64,000 bases of DNA. Origin: a virus. The stretch covers positions 5,201 through 69,200 of the IMG/VR virus record IMGVR_UViG_3300037517_002612; one strand, given 5' to 3'. Below the pieces are notes generated by a model. It ran no database searches. It worked only from the letters and a program-made list of their open reading frames with translations, and was not told where the DNA came from. A program made the translations under genes and the position numbers. This document shows positions 8,200 to 18,657 of the stretch, piece by piece (position 1 is the first letter of the stretch; each line of letters starts with the position of its first letter).

Positions 8200-8778
8200 A
8201 TGAATTTTATTGATCTTATTGAATCTAGACGCATTAAACTAGGAATTAACATCGAGGAACTCTGCCGGAGAGCTGGTATGACTCACGCTTCTAACTACAT
8301 TAAATACAGGGATATGGGTGTGATGCCTGGCTTCCAAAACGTAGTTGATCTTATGAATGCTGTAGGGTATAACCTCGTTGCCATGGACGATAAGTTGAGG
8401 AACCCAGATAAAATTATTGAGTGGTGCACAATAAGTCTTTATATTCACCGTTATAAAGATCATCTCTGCTACGTGTTTGAGAAGATAACTGGGTTCAGAA
8501 CACCGGTTAGTAGACATAACTCGGCATTGATAAAGACTGTTCTTTTTTATGTTTGGTATCACAAGACAACGCAGAATATCGCGTCCAACATAACTCTCCA
8601 CGACGTAGTGTACGAACCAGGAGTAGATATGGAGGACATGATCCACGACTTATCCGCAATAGGATTAATTACGTTGGAGGGAAACCCGTCTAACATAGCC
8701 TATCAATTCTTCATGGAAGTAAGCGAAGGTCTTAAACAATATCTTGAATCGGCTGAATTAGCGGTTCATTTAACTTAA
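8200..8778 (+). CDS. XRE-family HTH protein with C-terminal extension
   Basis: RRIKLGINIEELCRRAGM...P.FQNVVDLMNAVG. Confidence 0.65.
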   Translation: MNFIDLIESRRIKLGINIEELCRRAGMTHASNYIKYRDMGVMPGFQNVVDLMNAVGYNLVAMDDKLRNPDKIIEWCTISLYIHRYKDHLCYVFEKITGFRTPVSRHNSALIKTVLFYVWYHKTTQNIASNITLHDVVYEPGVDMEDMIHDLSAIGLITLEGNPSNIAYQFFMEVSEGLKQYLESAELAVHLT

Positions 8779-8840
8779 TCTGGCCGAGCCCCGATTGCCT
8801 TCTTGGTCGTTGGCTACGGGCTCGATCGCCAGATCTTTTT
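8779..8840 (+). terminator. long GC-rich hairpin + U-tract
   Basis: Nested stems TCTGGC/GCCAGA and CGAGCCC/GGGCTCG, then TCTTTTT. Confidence 0.5.
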
Positions 8841-8997
8841 AAACATAATTTGTTTTTTAAATTAATAAGCCATATCATTGTGGTACAATACAAACGATCA
8901 AGTGAAAAATCAGATAAATACTTATTTAAAATAAAGCCATAGGGGGTGTGCTTCTTACTTGATCGTTTGTGCATGCCTCCGACTGGCCTACTTTATT

Positions 8998-9198
8998 ATG
9001 AAAGTTATATTCGAAGAATACGAGTTTAATGACGGCACTGAATTGGCAATGTTTATTAATGCTAAAGAAAAACTGTACTTAGGGATTAGCACAGAGCATG
9101 ATGCAGATTGTGAACGAAGATGTATAGTCCTAGAAAAGTGGCAGGTAAAAGAGTTATTAAGGGAGATGCGTAAAATGTATAATCAAATGGAAGAATGA
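8998..9198 (+). CDS. hypothetical protein
   Basis: ATG 8998 after a structured leader; ATGA overlap with the initiator gene. Confidence 0.6.
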   Translation: MKVIFEEYEFNDGTELAMFINAKEKLYLGISTEHDADCERRCIVLEKWQVKELLREMRKMYNQMEE

Positions 9199-9863
9199 CA
9201 GGATACGAACTATCAAGATCATGGTTTGACTGGGCATACGAAAACCCAGACTTAAACACTCCTACTCATACGGCACTATACATGTGGCTTATTGAGAAGT
9301 GGAACCGTTGCGGGCAAAAAGAAAAAATCTCCATAACTACATCCGAAAATATGGAGGCTATTGGAGTAAAATCTCGAAACACCCACTCTAAAATATTGGC
9401 AGATTTAATAGAATATGGATTTATAATTATGGTAGTTCCATCTCGAAATCAGTTCTCCTGTAATGTTATATCGCTTACTCAAAAAATAAGCAAGCAAAAG
9501 GACAGCAAGAGGACAGCTCTTGATCAAGCACTTATACAGCACGAGGACAGCACGAGGACAGCAAGTGTGCAAGCACCTATACTATTAATAAACAAAGAAA
9601 CAAGTAAACAAAGAAACAAAGAAACAATAGATATGCCTGCGATTTTTTATAGACAGTTCGTTCATCTAAAAATAACCCATGATGAAATACAGGAATTAAT
9701 AAAAGCAGGTTATTCTCAAGAACAAATTGACGACACCTTGGACGATATCGAAAACTATAAAAAAAACACAGCTTACAAATCTCTTTACCTTACCGCTAGA
9801 AAATGGTTAAAAAGGGATAAGGATAAAACACAGCCACAAGGAACGCTTAAAATGGTTTACTAA
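9195..9863 (+). CDS. phage replication initiator / replisome organiser
   Basis: N-terminal wHTH-like region ([11 protein letters not shown]...ALYMWL), low-complexity linker, C-terminal [12 protein letters not shown]; directly upstream of the primase-helicase. Confidence 0.7.
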   Translation: MTGYELSRSWFDWAYENPDLNTPTHTALYMWLIEKWNRCGQKEKISITTSENMEAIGVKSRNTHSKILADLIEYGFIIMVVPSRNQFSCNVISLTQKISKQKDSKRTALDQALIQHEDSTRTASVQAPILLINKETSKQRNKETIDMPAIFYRQFVHLKITHDEIQELIKAGYSQEQIDDTLDDIENYKKNTAYKSLYLTARKWLKRDKDKTQPQGTLKMVY

Positions 9864-11626
9864 TGATTGTAATTAACCTAGAAGATAAACAGGAGTATGA
9901 TATCGAAGTCCAAAGAGACGGAGAGAACCATATGACTTGTCCGGTTTGTTCCCACACAAGGAAGAAGCAGAAAGAGAAGTGCTTCTCGTTTAATTACAAC
10001 AAGAAGGTAGGAAGATGCAATCACTGTAACGTGGTGCTCGTTGAAAAGAAAGAATTTAAACCGGAGCCTAAATTTAAAAAGCCAGAGTGGAACCCAAAAC
10101 TTGAAATATTATCAGGGGCCGCAGTAAACTGGTTCAGGGATCGCAAAATATCCGCAAGCACATTAATCCACTTCCGAATTACTGAGGGTAAGACTTATAT
10201 GCCACAGGTCCAAAAGGAGAGAAATACCATTCAGTTTAATTACTTCAAAAACGGGGAGCTCATCAACGTCAAATACAGGGACGGCCAGAAAAACTTTAAA
10301 ATGGTATCCGAGGCAGAACTTTGCCTTTATAACATCGACGCAGTTATTAACTCCAAACAGGTTATTATTTGCGAAGGAGAAATGGATGCTCTTTCTTTTC
10401 ACGAAGCAGGATACAGAAACGTAGTATCAGTACCTAATGGGGCTACTATTGGACGCAATAATCTGTCATACCTCGATAATTGTATTGACCTTTTTGAAAA
10501 CGATACGGAGTTTATCCTAGCTACAGATAATGACGTCGCTGGAAATAACCTAAGAGACGAACTCGTAAGAAGACTCGGTGCCGAGAACTGTTATAAGGTT
10601 TCATTCAGGGATTGCAAAGATGCAAACGAATGCCTAGTTAAATACGGACCATCGGCCATCAAGGAAACAATCGACAATAAGAAGCCGTTTCCAGTATCAG
10701 GAATATTCACCGCCCTTGATATATCAGAAGAGATCGACGACTACTTCCATAACGGACTTCCTGTAGGTTGTGAGATAGGCATAGCTGATTTTGACAAACT
10801 ACTAAAGTTCCACCCAGGTTATATAACAGTCATCACTGGAATACCTGGTCATGGAAAATCTGAGTTTACGGACTTTATGATGTCGCTACTAAACATTAAG
10901 CACGATTGGCAGTTTGGAGTCTACTCTCCAGAGAATTACCCACTACAACTTCACTTCAGTAAGTTTGCCGAGAAGCTAATAGGGAAGTCCTTCAGCCGCA
11001 TGAACGAGTTGGAGTTAAGATTAGCCAAGAACTACTTTAACGAAAACTTCTTTTTTATTAAACCAGAGGAGGACAGCAAACTAGACAACATCCTTGAGAA
11101 GGCTAAATACCTTGTTAAAAAGAAAGGAATACGAGGACTTGTTATCGACGCTTGGAACAAGATTGAACATAATTGGGTGGGATCAGAAACGCAGTACATC
11201 AGCAAGGAACTTGATAAACTTGCCATGTTTTGCGAAAGATACGGAGTGCATTTATTCCTAGTGGCTCACCCAACAAAGATACAGAAAGATAAGAACACAG
11301 GATTATACGAGGTGCCAAATCTTTATAACATTAACGGATCTGCCAACTTCTTTAATAAAACCCATAACGGTATCAGTGTTTACCGGAATTTTACTACGAA
11401 ACGTACAGAAATCTACGTCCAAAAAGTAAAATTCAAACACTGGGGAGAACCTGGACAAGTAGAACTTGAATGGGATTGGACCAACGGCAGGTATTACCGC
11501 TACACACCAGACTCCTCTAATTGGATAACCAACCAAACGCAGCAATCAGAATTACATATACCACAAAAATTAACACCTTTAAACCAATTAATAGTCCCAA
11601 CAGGGGACGAAGATATCCCGTTCTAA
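9863..11626 (+). CDS. bifunctional primase-helicase (T7 gp4/Twinkle type)
   Basis: Zn finger CPVC..CNHC, TOPRIM CEGEMDAL and ATDNDVAG, KDANE, Walker A GIPGHGKS, VIDAWN, VAHP, C-terminal DEDIPF. Confidence 0.93.
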   Translation: MIVINLEDKQEYDIEVQRDGENHMTCPVCSHTRKKQKEKCFSFNYNKKVGRCNHCNVVLVEKKEFKPEPKFKKPEWNPKLEILSGAAVNWFRDRKISASTLIHFRITEGKTYMPQVQKERNTIQFNYFKNGELINVKYRDGQKNFKMVSEAELCLYNIDAVINSKQVIICEGEMDALSFHEAGYRNVVSVPNGATIGRNNLSYLDNCIDLFENDTEFILATDNDVAGNNLRDELVRRLGAENCYKVSFRDCKDANECLVKYGPSAIKETIDNKKPFPVSGIFTALDISEEIDDYFHNGLPVGCEIGIADFDKLLKFHPGYITVITGIPGHGKSEFTDFMMSLLNIKHDWQFGVYSPENYPLQLHFSKFAEKLIGKSFSRMNELELRLAKNYFNENFFFIKPEEDSKLDNILEKAKYLVKKKGIRGLVIDAWNKIEHNWVGSETQYISKELDKLAMFCERYGVHLFLVAHPTKIQKDKNTGLYEVPNLYNINGSANFFNKTHNGISVYRNFTTKRTEIYVQKVKFKHWGEPGQVELEWDWTNGRYYRYTPDSSNWITNQTQQSELHIPQKLTPLNQLIVPTGDEDIPF

Positions 11627-11629
11627 ATT

Positions 11630-11905
11630 ATGGCAAAACAAAACTTAGCAAAAAAAGTAGTCCTTATGTACGAAGGTAAACCGGTTAAAGCCCTCATAAT
11701 TGAGCCCAACCATCAGTACTACAGAATCCACGTACCAACTCATAAAGTGGAACAAATAGAACTCCAATACGATATGACGGCTGTAAACTTTGATACAGAA
11801 TATCACTACCTTCAGGCACTATCATCAGAAAAAGCCCTTGAAAAATTTATTAAATTTCAGAAAAATGAAGCCAATAAGCAATCACGTACTAATAAAGTTA
11901 ACTAA
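11630..11905 (+). CDS. hypothetical protein
   Basis: ORF in operon. Confidence 0.6.
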   Translation: MAKQNLAKKVVLMYEGKPVKALIIEPNHQYYRIHVPTHKVEQIELQYDMTAVNFDTEYHYLQALSSEKALEKFIKFQKNEANKQSRTNKVN

Positions 11906-12605
11906 GAAAACCGACGAGCTCCAACTTCCAGGAGTAGGAACACTTGCCCTTGAGACTATCTTCAATGAGGAGCAGCATCAAAGACTCGTGGGTGAGGTTA
12001 TTACGGTCCCAGAGAAATTGACGTTTATTAAAATGGATCACGGTAATATGCCATGGGAAACAGAGATGGAGATTTTAGTAGGAGACGAAGTTATCTTGAG
12101 AAGAACCGATGTTTCAGTTTCTCGGTTTGAGGGAAAGTCTTTCGAATCAGAAGGCCACTTGTACGTGCACGTTCCTTATCACGCTGTTATTCTTTCGAAG
12201 AGAAGGCTTAAATATAGTAACTTTCCTCATGGTGATATATTAGAACTTGACGGAGAAAACTACGTTGTTACAATGCTAAACGGCTACATGCTAGTTCAAC
12301 AGGACGACATAGACTTCCAAACAGAATTCTACATCCCAGGAAACATAAAGAACCCAAAAGCCGAAACCGGAATAATTGCGTTTATAGGAAAACCAAACAC
12401 AGCCTATCACCCTCAATTTATTTCAGCAGGATTTGAATACGGATCACAACTCCCCGACACCCGCTTTGATTTAAAGGTAGGAGATAGAGTAGCCTTCATT
12501 AAACACGCATCCGTAGACTTAGAATACGATATACACAGAACCTTTAACGGACAAGGAAATCACTACGTTAGAATGCAGAGAAATAAGATATTGGCAAAAC
12601 TGTAA
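11865..12605 (+). CDS. tandem GroES-like (two Cpn10-like domains) protein
   Basis: MKPISNHVLIK...GEVITVP...ILVGDEVI; second repeat MLNGYMLV...GIIAFIG...LKVGDRVAF...ILAKL. Confidence 0.65.
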   Translation: MKPISNHVLIKLTKKTDELQLPGVGTLALETIFNEEQHQRLVGEVITVPEKLTFIKMDHGNMPWETEMEILVGDEVILRRTDVSVSRFEGKSFESEGHLYVHVPYHAVILSKRRLKYSNFPHGDILELDGENYVVTMLNGYMLVQQDDIDFQTEFYIPGNIKNPKAETGIIAFIGKPNTAYHPQFISAGFEYGSQLPDTRFDLKVGDRVAFIKHASVDLEYDIHRTFNGQGNHYVRMQRNKILAKL

Positions 12606-12610
12606 AGTGT

Positions 12611-12618
12611 TATATTTG
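12611..12618 (+). promoter_or_regulatory. Bacteroidota -7 box
   Basis: TATATTTG 6 nt before the terL ATG. Confidence 0.5.
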
Positions 12619-12624
12619 TAAAAT

Positions 12625-15063
12625 ATGCAGTATAAGTACGAGAAACCAGATACACACTTTTTCATTAACGTAGACGAGGATCTTACCCCAATACGCATTG
12701 ACATAAATAAAACTATAAAGCAGATTTATAAGTTTTGGCATCCGAACGCGAAAGACTGCCCAATATTAAAACCACCTCCAGAGAAGATTGCCAACTACGG
12801 ACTAGACCCCAAAGATCAATATTTCGAAAGACGAGAAATACCAGCAAAACTTAAAAAGCTCCAGAAAGAAAAAGATGGAAGAGCAGATGAAATCTGGAGA
12901 GTACTTACCGCCCACAAAGAAAACTGGGCAGAGGAAATAGAGTTTATCAAAAGAGAATGGTTCCATTGCCTATACGGATACTGGGTATATATCAAAGGAA
13001 AACCTACCTGGATATCACCATGGCACTACCAATACCTTAACTATTCTACAGGTAGCTATACAGTCACCGACCGGAAGACAGGAAAGAAAGTTCAAAGTAT
13101 GTTTGGTGAGTACAGGGATAAGGACAGACGCAAGGATATTGCGTACACCTACCTATACACCACAACAGAAACATTCGCCAACATAAACAAGGAAGGAAAC
13201 GCTATCCCAGAAGAAGACGGTAGCTACGAAATGATTGACACAGGACGTCTACTTTTTTTCGGAGTCATTAACCCTAAAACACGACGAGAAGGGGAAACAG
13301 GTAAAAGCCTTTCAAAACTTCACTTCACCTCAATAGTAGTGGCCGGGCCACAAGCATATTCTTCAATGTGCGCAAACCACGAGTCAACAGTAAAAGGACA
13401 CTGGAACTCTAAATTTGTACCCATGTGGAGACGTATGGCTTTTTTCTTTAAGCCGATTAATGACGTTACAACAAGACCAAAAACAGAAATTACATATAAG
13501 TCTCCAGCAGCTAAACAAAACTCTAAAAACTTTAACTCAAACGTATCAGTAGAGTCCACAGAGCTTGACTCCACGGTAGACTTCTCACCAGTAGTAAGCA
13601 GACACTACTATGACCACAATAAAATCACAGGAATAATATTACTTGATGAGGAAGCAAAGACAGACCTTATTGACGTTTACGATGAATGGAACCTTGTTAA
13701 ACCAGCAATGGCACAGGGAGCAGAATCGGAAAGGAACAGATACGCATTCTCCTTGCATCCCTCTACAGTAGAAGATATGGAAGGAGGAGCCGGAGCAAAC
13801 TTTAAAAGGATGTGCGACGCATCTAACTTCTACCAACGAGGCTTAAAATCTGGACAGACAAAATCCGGACTAGCATTAATCTACATGCCATCATGGGACG
13901 GACTTGAAAACTTCATTGGACCATATGGAGAGTCTATTATCGACGACCCAACCCCCGAACAACAGGCATTCACGAAATGGGACATCGGGGCCAAAGAATA
14001 TATTAACAGTAAAATTGCCGAGTACGAGGCAAACCCCATAATCGAAAACCTTAGAAAACTTGCTCAGTTCAAAAGACAGAACCCACCATGTTACGCAGAT
14101 ATCTGGAGATCCATTGCCGGAGAGATAGGATTTAACATTAAAAAGATTGACTTAAGAACCGATCAGTTAAGAAGGATGTTGTCATTGGAACAAGACCCAC
14201 GGGAGCAAGGAGACTTCGTTTGGATCATCGACGGATACCCACCACTCACCGCAGAGAAGTTTTGGAACCTAAGATTACAGGACTACTTCCTGCCAAAGGC
14301 ACACGTTGAATGGAAACCGTCCACTTCAGGTAGGTTTTTCCTAAGTAAAAAGTTAGCAGAAGGTTCACACAATCGCGTCCAATATAATAGAGACCTAGAA
14401 ACATGGGAGGTAATAGATGACGTCTACCACGCATCTGCCGACCCAGTTACTTACCAAACAAAAAACCAAGCCAAACAAAGAGAGGATAAAGCAGCAGCCT
14501 CCTTCGCATCAGGAGCCGTCCTTTATCCAGCCCAAAACGATGACCTTGAAAAACCCGTAAGCGAATGGCAGAGCCACAAAATAGTTTGCACCTACAAAAA
14601 CAAACCACAGCTTGACGATATCTATATGGAAGAGATGCTTATGATGTGCCGGTACTTTGGTTGCAAAATGTTTCCCGAAACAAACATTAACTCAGTAGTT
14701 AAGCACTTTGAGAACAGAGGCTACGGAGGCTTATTAAGATACGCATGGTTAGCAGATAAGGGAAAGTACAGAGATACACCAGGCTTCCACACAGGAGGAC
14801 AGCAATCAAAGGATGAACTTATATCCGAAGTGCGCGACTACATCGAATACTACGCATTAAACGAAAACCATATTGAGGTTCTTGACGAATGTAGAAAGAT
14901 GAAGTCCAAAGAGGATATGACTAAACTCGACTTATTTGTTTCCGTTGCAGGTGCATTATTGTCTTATAAGTACCGCCCAATGGTTCTTTCAGAAAAAAGA
15001 ATGAGCAAGGAAGACGAAGATGAAGAGTTTAATCCTGAAGACTTTTGGGGTAAACAAAGATAA
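12625..15063 (+). CDS. terL: terminase large subunit (crAss-like size)
   Basis: KTRREGET Walker A variant, ILLDEEAK Walker B, nuclease ADP, FPETN, KLDLFVS; precedes portal. Confidence 0.85.
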   Translation: MQYKYEKPDTHFFINVDEDLTPIRIDINKTIKQIYKFWHPNAKDCPILKPPPEKIANYGLDPKDQYFERREIPAKLKKLQKEKDGRADEIWRVLTAHKENWAEEIEFIKREWFHCLYGYWVYIKGKPTWISPWHYQYLNYSTGSYTVTDRKTGKKVQSMFGEYRDKDRRKDIAYTYLYTTTETFANINKEGNAIPEEDGSYEMIDTGRLLFFGVINPKTRREGETGKSLSKLHFTSIVVAGPQAYSSMCANHESTVKGHWNSKFVPMWRRMAFFFKPINDVTTRPKTEITYKSPAAKQNSKNFNSNVSVESTELDSTVDFSPVVSRHYYDHNKITGIILLDEEAKTDLIDVYDEWNLVKPAMAQGAESERNRYAFSLHPSTVEDMEGGAGANFKRMCDASNFYQRGLKSGQTKSGLALIYMPSWDGLENFIGPYGESIIDDPTPEQQAFTKWDIGAKEYINSKIAEYEANPIIENLRKLAQFKRQNPPCYADIWRSIAGEIGFNIKKIDLRTDQLRRMLSLEQDPREQGDFVWIIDGYPPLTAEKFWNLRLQDYFLPKAHVEWKPSTSGRFFLSKKLAEGSHNRVQYNRDLETWEVIDDVYHASADPVTYQTKNQAKQREDKAAASFASGAVLYPAQNDDLEKPVSEWQSHKIVCTYKNKPQLDDIYMEEMLMMCRYFGCKMFPETNINSVVKHFENRGYGGLLRYAWLADKGKYRDTPGFHTGGQQSKDELISEVRDYIEYYALNENHIEVLDECRKMKSKEDMTKLDLFVSVAGALLSYKYRPMVLSEKRMSKEDEDEEFNPEDFWGKQR

Positions 15064-15094
15064 TTTATTAGTTTTGTAGGAAATAGCTTCTTAC

Positions 15095-17479
15095 ATGGCA
15101 ACTAAATCAAAACTTTTTGCAGGGGACAAATACGAAAATAAAGGCTCTAACCTATTTCCTTCCGACGATATATCTCCAATGTCCAAAAGAAAAGGAGACT
15201 CTGCAAAACAATTTGCGCTGCAGTTTGCCAAAGCTTTCTACTCTGGATGGGGAACCGGCATATTTGCCTACTCAAGGTTCTCAGAAAGAGATCAGCTTAT
15301 TCAACTAAGAAACTATTCAAGAGGCCGACAAGCAGAGGAAATCTACCAAGAGTTTATATACGGACGCAACGACCAGAACGAGATTATTAAGAAGGGATAC
15401 ATGAACGTTAACTGGGATATCCTGAAAATTGCGTTGCAATACAAAGATGGGTTCATCAGTAAACTTAACGAATGGGACTACGATCCGGTTATTTCCTCTC
15501 AAGACCAATACGCAAGGGACGAGAGAAAAGAACGTATGATGGTAGACTACGTTAAGAACAAAATGAAAGGCATCTTCCAGGCAAACCCAGGCATGGACGA
15601 AAACACCATGGCCCCAGACTCTATAGCGGAATTCGAAATCCTTGAGCAAATGGGAGTCTATAAGAACAAAGCAGAATACGCTTGGGAGAAATATATAAAC
15701 AACGTATTTAATGGCTTTAACCGTTGGGACCTTAAATTAAAGAACAAACTCCTTGACGATATCTTTACCCTTGGAAGACTTTGCGTTCGCGACTATGTGG
15801 ATCCAGAAACTCAAACCGTAAAGACACAATACATTGACCCCCTTAACCTTATCATAAGACTCACCACAGACGGAGAGGTAATCGACGGAGGTTTCATTGA
15901 CCTTATGACCGTTCAAGATCTGAAGAAAGCATCAGGACTCCCAGAAGAAGAATTATTTGCTATTGCCCAAAACGCTTGCGGGTGGTATGGTAATCCGGAT
16001 AAATCGCGTTGGAACTACGGAACATCCTACGAAGCCTACCTACAGCAAAACGCAGTTTCCAGAGGGAGTCTTGGCAATTGCGAGTGGTACGCATTTAGAG
16101 TACCCGTTCTTAAATGTGAATACAGATCAGTAGACACAGAATACTACACCGAACAACAAACCCAAAATGGAACAAAATATTCAAGAGGGAAATATGGTAA
16201 AACCTTTACCAAATCCCCAACTAGAAAAACAATTAAAAAAGACACAATCAATTATTATACCTGCTCATGGATCGTTGGAACGGACTATTGTTATGACTAC
16301 GGTTTACAATACGACATGCCAAGAACCGAGAGAGCAGAAGCAAGATGCTCATTCCACTACTACCAAATGGACGATCCATCCATAGTAGAAAGATGCAAAC
16401 CAGTATTCGATAACGTACAATTAGCATGGTTAAATTTCCAAAATGGTATTGCCAAGTCAAGGCCAGACGGAAACCTATATGATCTTTCAGCCCTCGTAAA
16501 CGCAAACGTAGGGGATAAGATTAAACCATACGATATAATTAAAGGTATAAACGAAACAGGTTCCGGATTCTGGAACTCAATGAATAAGAGGAAAGACCGA
16601 CCTGTACAAGCACCAAACTCAGGACCACCCGTAATCCCAATGAAAGGCGGTTACCAAGGAGCATTAGAAGACTTCGTTGGAGCATGGAACTCAATGAGTA
16701 TGATGCTATCGAGTTTGTCAGGAATGAACCCTAGCTTCATAGGATCAAGCACCGGACTACCAGAAGGAGCAAGAGTAAATGAAGGCCAAATGGCAGCAAG
16801 TGTATCATTGCTTAAACCAAAGATAGACGCATATTTCTTCGTTAAATCAAGTTGTGCACTAAACATCCTATTAAGAGGACAAGTAATATTTAGACATAAC
16901 GACAAGATCAGTGAAGAATATAAAAACATCCTTGGCCCAGATATCGTACAAATTTTAAAGACAGCCAGCGAAAAGAACTATTCTCAGTACGGATTAAAGA
17001 TGACGTTGAGAATAAGCGGAGCCCTAAAAGAAGATGTAAAAGGAGCCGCAGTAGCAGCATTACAAGCAGGAAGAAATGGACAACCTGGACTTACATTCAT
17101 GGAGTACTTCAAAATTCTTGACATGCTAGAAAGCAACGTCGAGATAAAATATATCCAAGGTTTCATGCAAAGGCTAATCGACAAGAGAGAAGGCCAAATG
17201 CAAAAAATGCAACAGGAAAACGCAGACAATCAGAATAAAGGACTTATGCAACTTGAGCAACAAAAGGCAGCAGGTCAAATGGAATTACTGAAGTTTACTA
17301 CGGATCTTGAAATACAAAAAGGAGTTATACTAGAAGCCGCAAAAGCCTATTACGCAATAGAACAAATGAAAGAGCAAGGCAACCAAGACATCACCGGAAG
17401 TTCACTTGATTTGATTATGCAAACGGCAATGCAACAGTATGCTTCGACAATGGCTCCTCAAACACAAGGACAAGCATAA
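15095..17479 (+). CDS. portal protein
   Basis: 794 aa after TerL; YSRGRQ, NVNW, YIDPLNL; Q-rich coiled C-terminus. Confidence 0.8.
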   Translation: MATKSKLFAGDKYENKGSNLFPSDDISPMSKRKGDSAKQFALQFAKAFYSGWGTGIFAYSRFSERDQLIQLRNYSRGRQAEEIYQEFIYGRNDQNEIIKKGYMNVNWDILKIALQYKDGFISKLNEWDYDPVISSQDQYARDERKERMMVDYVKNKMKGIFQANPGMDENTMAPDSIAEFEILEQMGVYKNKAEYAWEKYINNVFNGFNRWDLKLKNKLLDDIFTLGRLCVRDYVDPETQTVKTQYIDPLNLIIRLTTDGEVIDGGFIDLMTVQDLKKASGLPEEELFAIAQNACGWYGNPDKSRWNYGTSYEAYLQQNAVSRGSLGNCEWYAFRVPVLKCEYRSVDTEYYTEQQTQNGTKYSRGKYGKTFTKSPTRKTIKKDTINYYTCSWIVGTDYCYDYGLQYDMPRTERAEARCSFHYYQMDDPSIVERCKPVFDNVQLAWLNFQNGIAKSRPDGNLYDLSALVNANVGDKIKPYDIIKGINETGSGFWNSMNKRKDRPVQAPNSGPPVIPMKGGYQGALEDFVGAWNSMSMMLSSLSGMNPSFIGSSTGLPEGARVNEGQMAASVSLLKPKIDAYFFVKSSCALNILLRGQVIFRHNDKISEEYKNILGPDIVQILKTASEKNYSQYGLKMTLRISGALKEDVKGAAVAALQAGRNGQPGLTFMEYFKILDMLESNVEIKYIQGFMQRLIDKREGQMQKMQQENADNQNKGLMQLEQQKAAGQMELLKFTTDLEIQKGVILEAAKAYYAIEQMKEQGNQDITGSSLDLIMQTAMQQYASTMAPQTQGQA

Positions 17480-17502
17480 TTTTTTTATTTGAATATTTCT
17501 AT

Positions 17503-17510
17503 TATTTTTG
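17503..17510 (+). promoter_or_regulatory. Bacteroidota -7 box
   Basis: TATTTTTG upstream of the scaffold-MCP unit. Confidence 0.55.
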
Positions 17511-17527
17511 CTTAAAACTAAGTAATT

Positions 17528-18598
17528 ATGGCAGAAGAATTAACAGAAGAAGAAGTTATTGCGAAATTTAACGCAGGTGAAAAATTTGAGGAAGTTATCA
17601 ACAAAGATGATCCATCAAAAACAACCCCAGCTACTCCAACCGACACACCCGTAGAACCAGAAAAAACATACTGGGAACAGAAGGGTTTTGCCTCTCAAGA
17701 AGAACTTGATACCTATATTGAATCAAGGAGACACGGAGTAGAACCGGAGTATAAAAGCCAATATGCAAAAGAGCTTGATACCTTCGCAAAGGTTACCGGA
17801 AAAGACGATCCAGAAACCTTCCAGTTCTATAAGAATACCGAGGTAAAAGACACCATGGAACCGATGGATTATATTGATCTATTGGTAAAAGATCACGTTC
17901 TTAAAAACCCTGAGTTTAAAGGGGATGAAGATATTATCAAGGATCGTTTTATTAAACAATATCTAGTAGATATGGACCCTACAGACGAGGCCCTTACCAA
18001 GGAAGATTTGTTTGACAAGAAAATGAAAACCATCGAGCTTAAAAAATCAGCAGAAACGGTTGTCAACGAGATCAAAGAAATTAAAACCAAGATTGCAAAT
18101 AATGGTGTCACCCCAGAAGAAATAGCTGAAAGACAATCTAAGATTGAACAGTCTAAAACTAAATGGAACGACGAACTTAATAAAGCAGCAGAGAACTTTA
18201 AGGTCGATATTTTTGACGAGGCAAAAAATAAAGAAGGCAAATTCGAATTTCTTCAAACAGATAAGGATGAGCCAGTTGTCTTAAAAAGTTTTACCTTTGG
18301 TGACGAGGAAAAAGAATTCTACAAAAGTTCCCTAGGTGGAGTAATTAACCAAATGGGGTATCCTGAACCAGATAGTGAGAACGCGAAAATGGCTCAGAAA
18401 ATTGCAGAAATGGCAACGTTCTATGAATTTAGAGGAAGGCTGATTAAAGAAGTGATAGCACAGACAAAATCATCCCTAATCAAAGAAGATAAGATCGAGG
18501 CCGATAACCCCTCAAAATTGAAAATTGCAGCTAGCACTGATAATCCAGAAGGCATATTGTCGGAGGAAGAAGCGGTGAAAAGAGCAATGAACGGATAG
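17528..18598 (+). CDS. putative capsid scaffolding protein
   Basis: Acidic and helical; lies between portal and MCP. Confidence 0.6.
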   Translation: MAEELTEEEVIAKFNAGEKFEEVINKDDPSKTTPATPTDTPVEPEKTYWEQKGFASQEELDTYIESRRHGVEPEYKSQYAKELDTFAKVTGKDDPETFQFYKNTEVKDTMEPMDYIDLLVKDHVLKNPEFKGDEDIIKDRFIKQYLVDMDPTDEALTKEDLFDKKMKTIELKKSAETVVNEIKEIKTKIANNGVTPEEIAERQSKIEQSKTKWNDELNKAAENFKVDIFDEAKNKEGKFEFLQTDKDEPVVLKSFTFGDEEKEFYKSSLGGVINQMGYPEPDSENAKMAQKIAEMATFYEFRGRLIKEVIAQTKSSLIKEDKIEADNPSKLKIAASTDNPEGILSEEEAVKRAMNG

Positions 18599-18657
18599 TG
18601 AAAAGCAGTTAAAGGGCTATGGGAAATTAAATATAAACCCCATAAAACTTAAAGACA

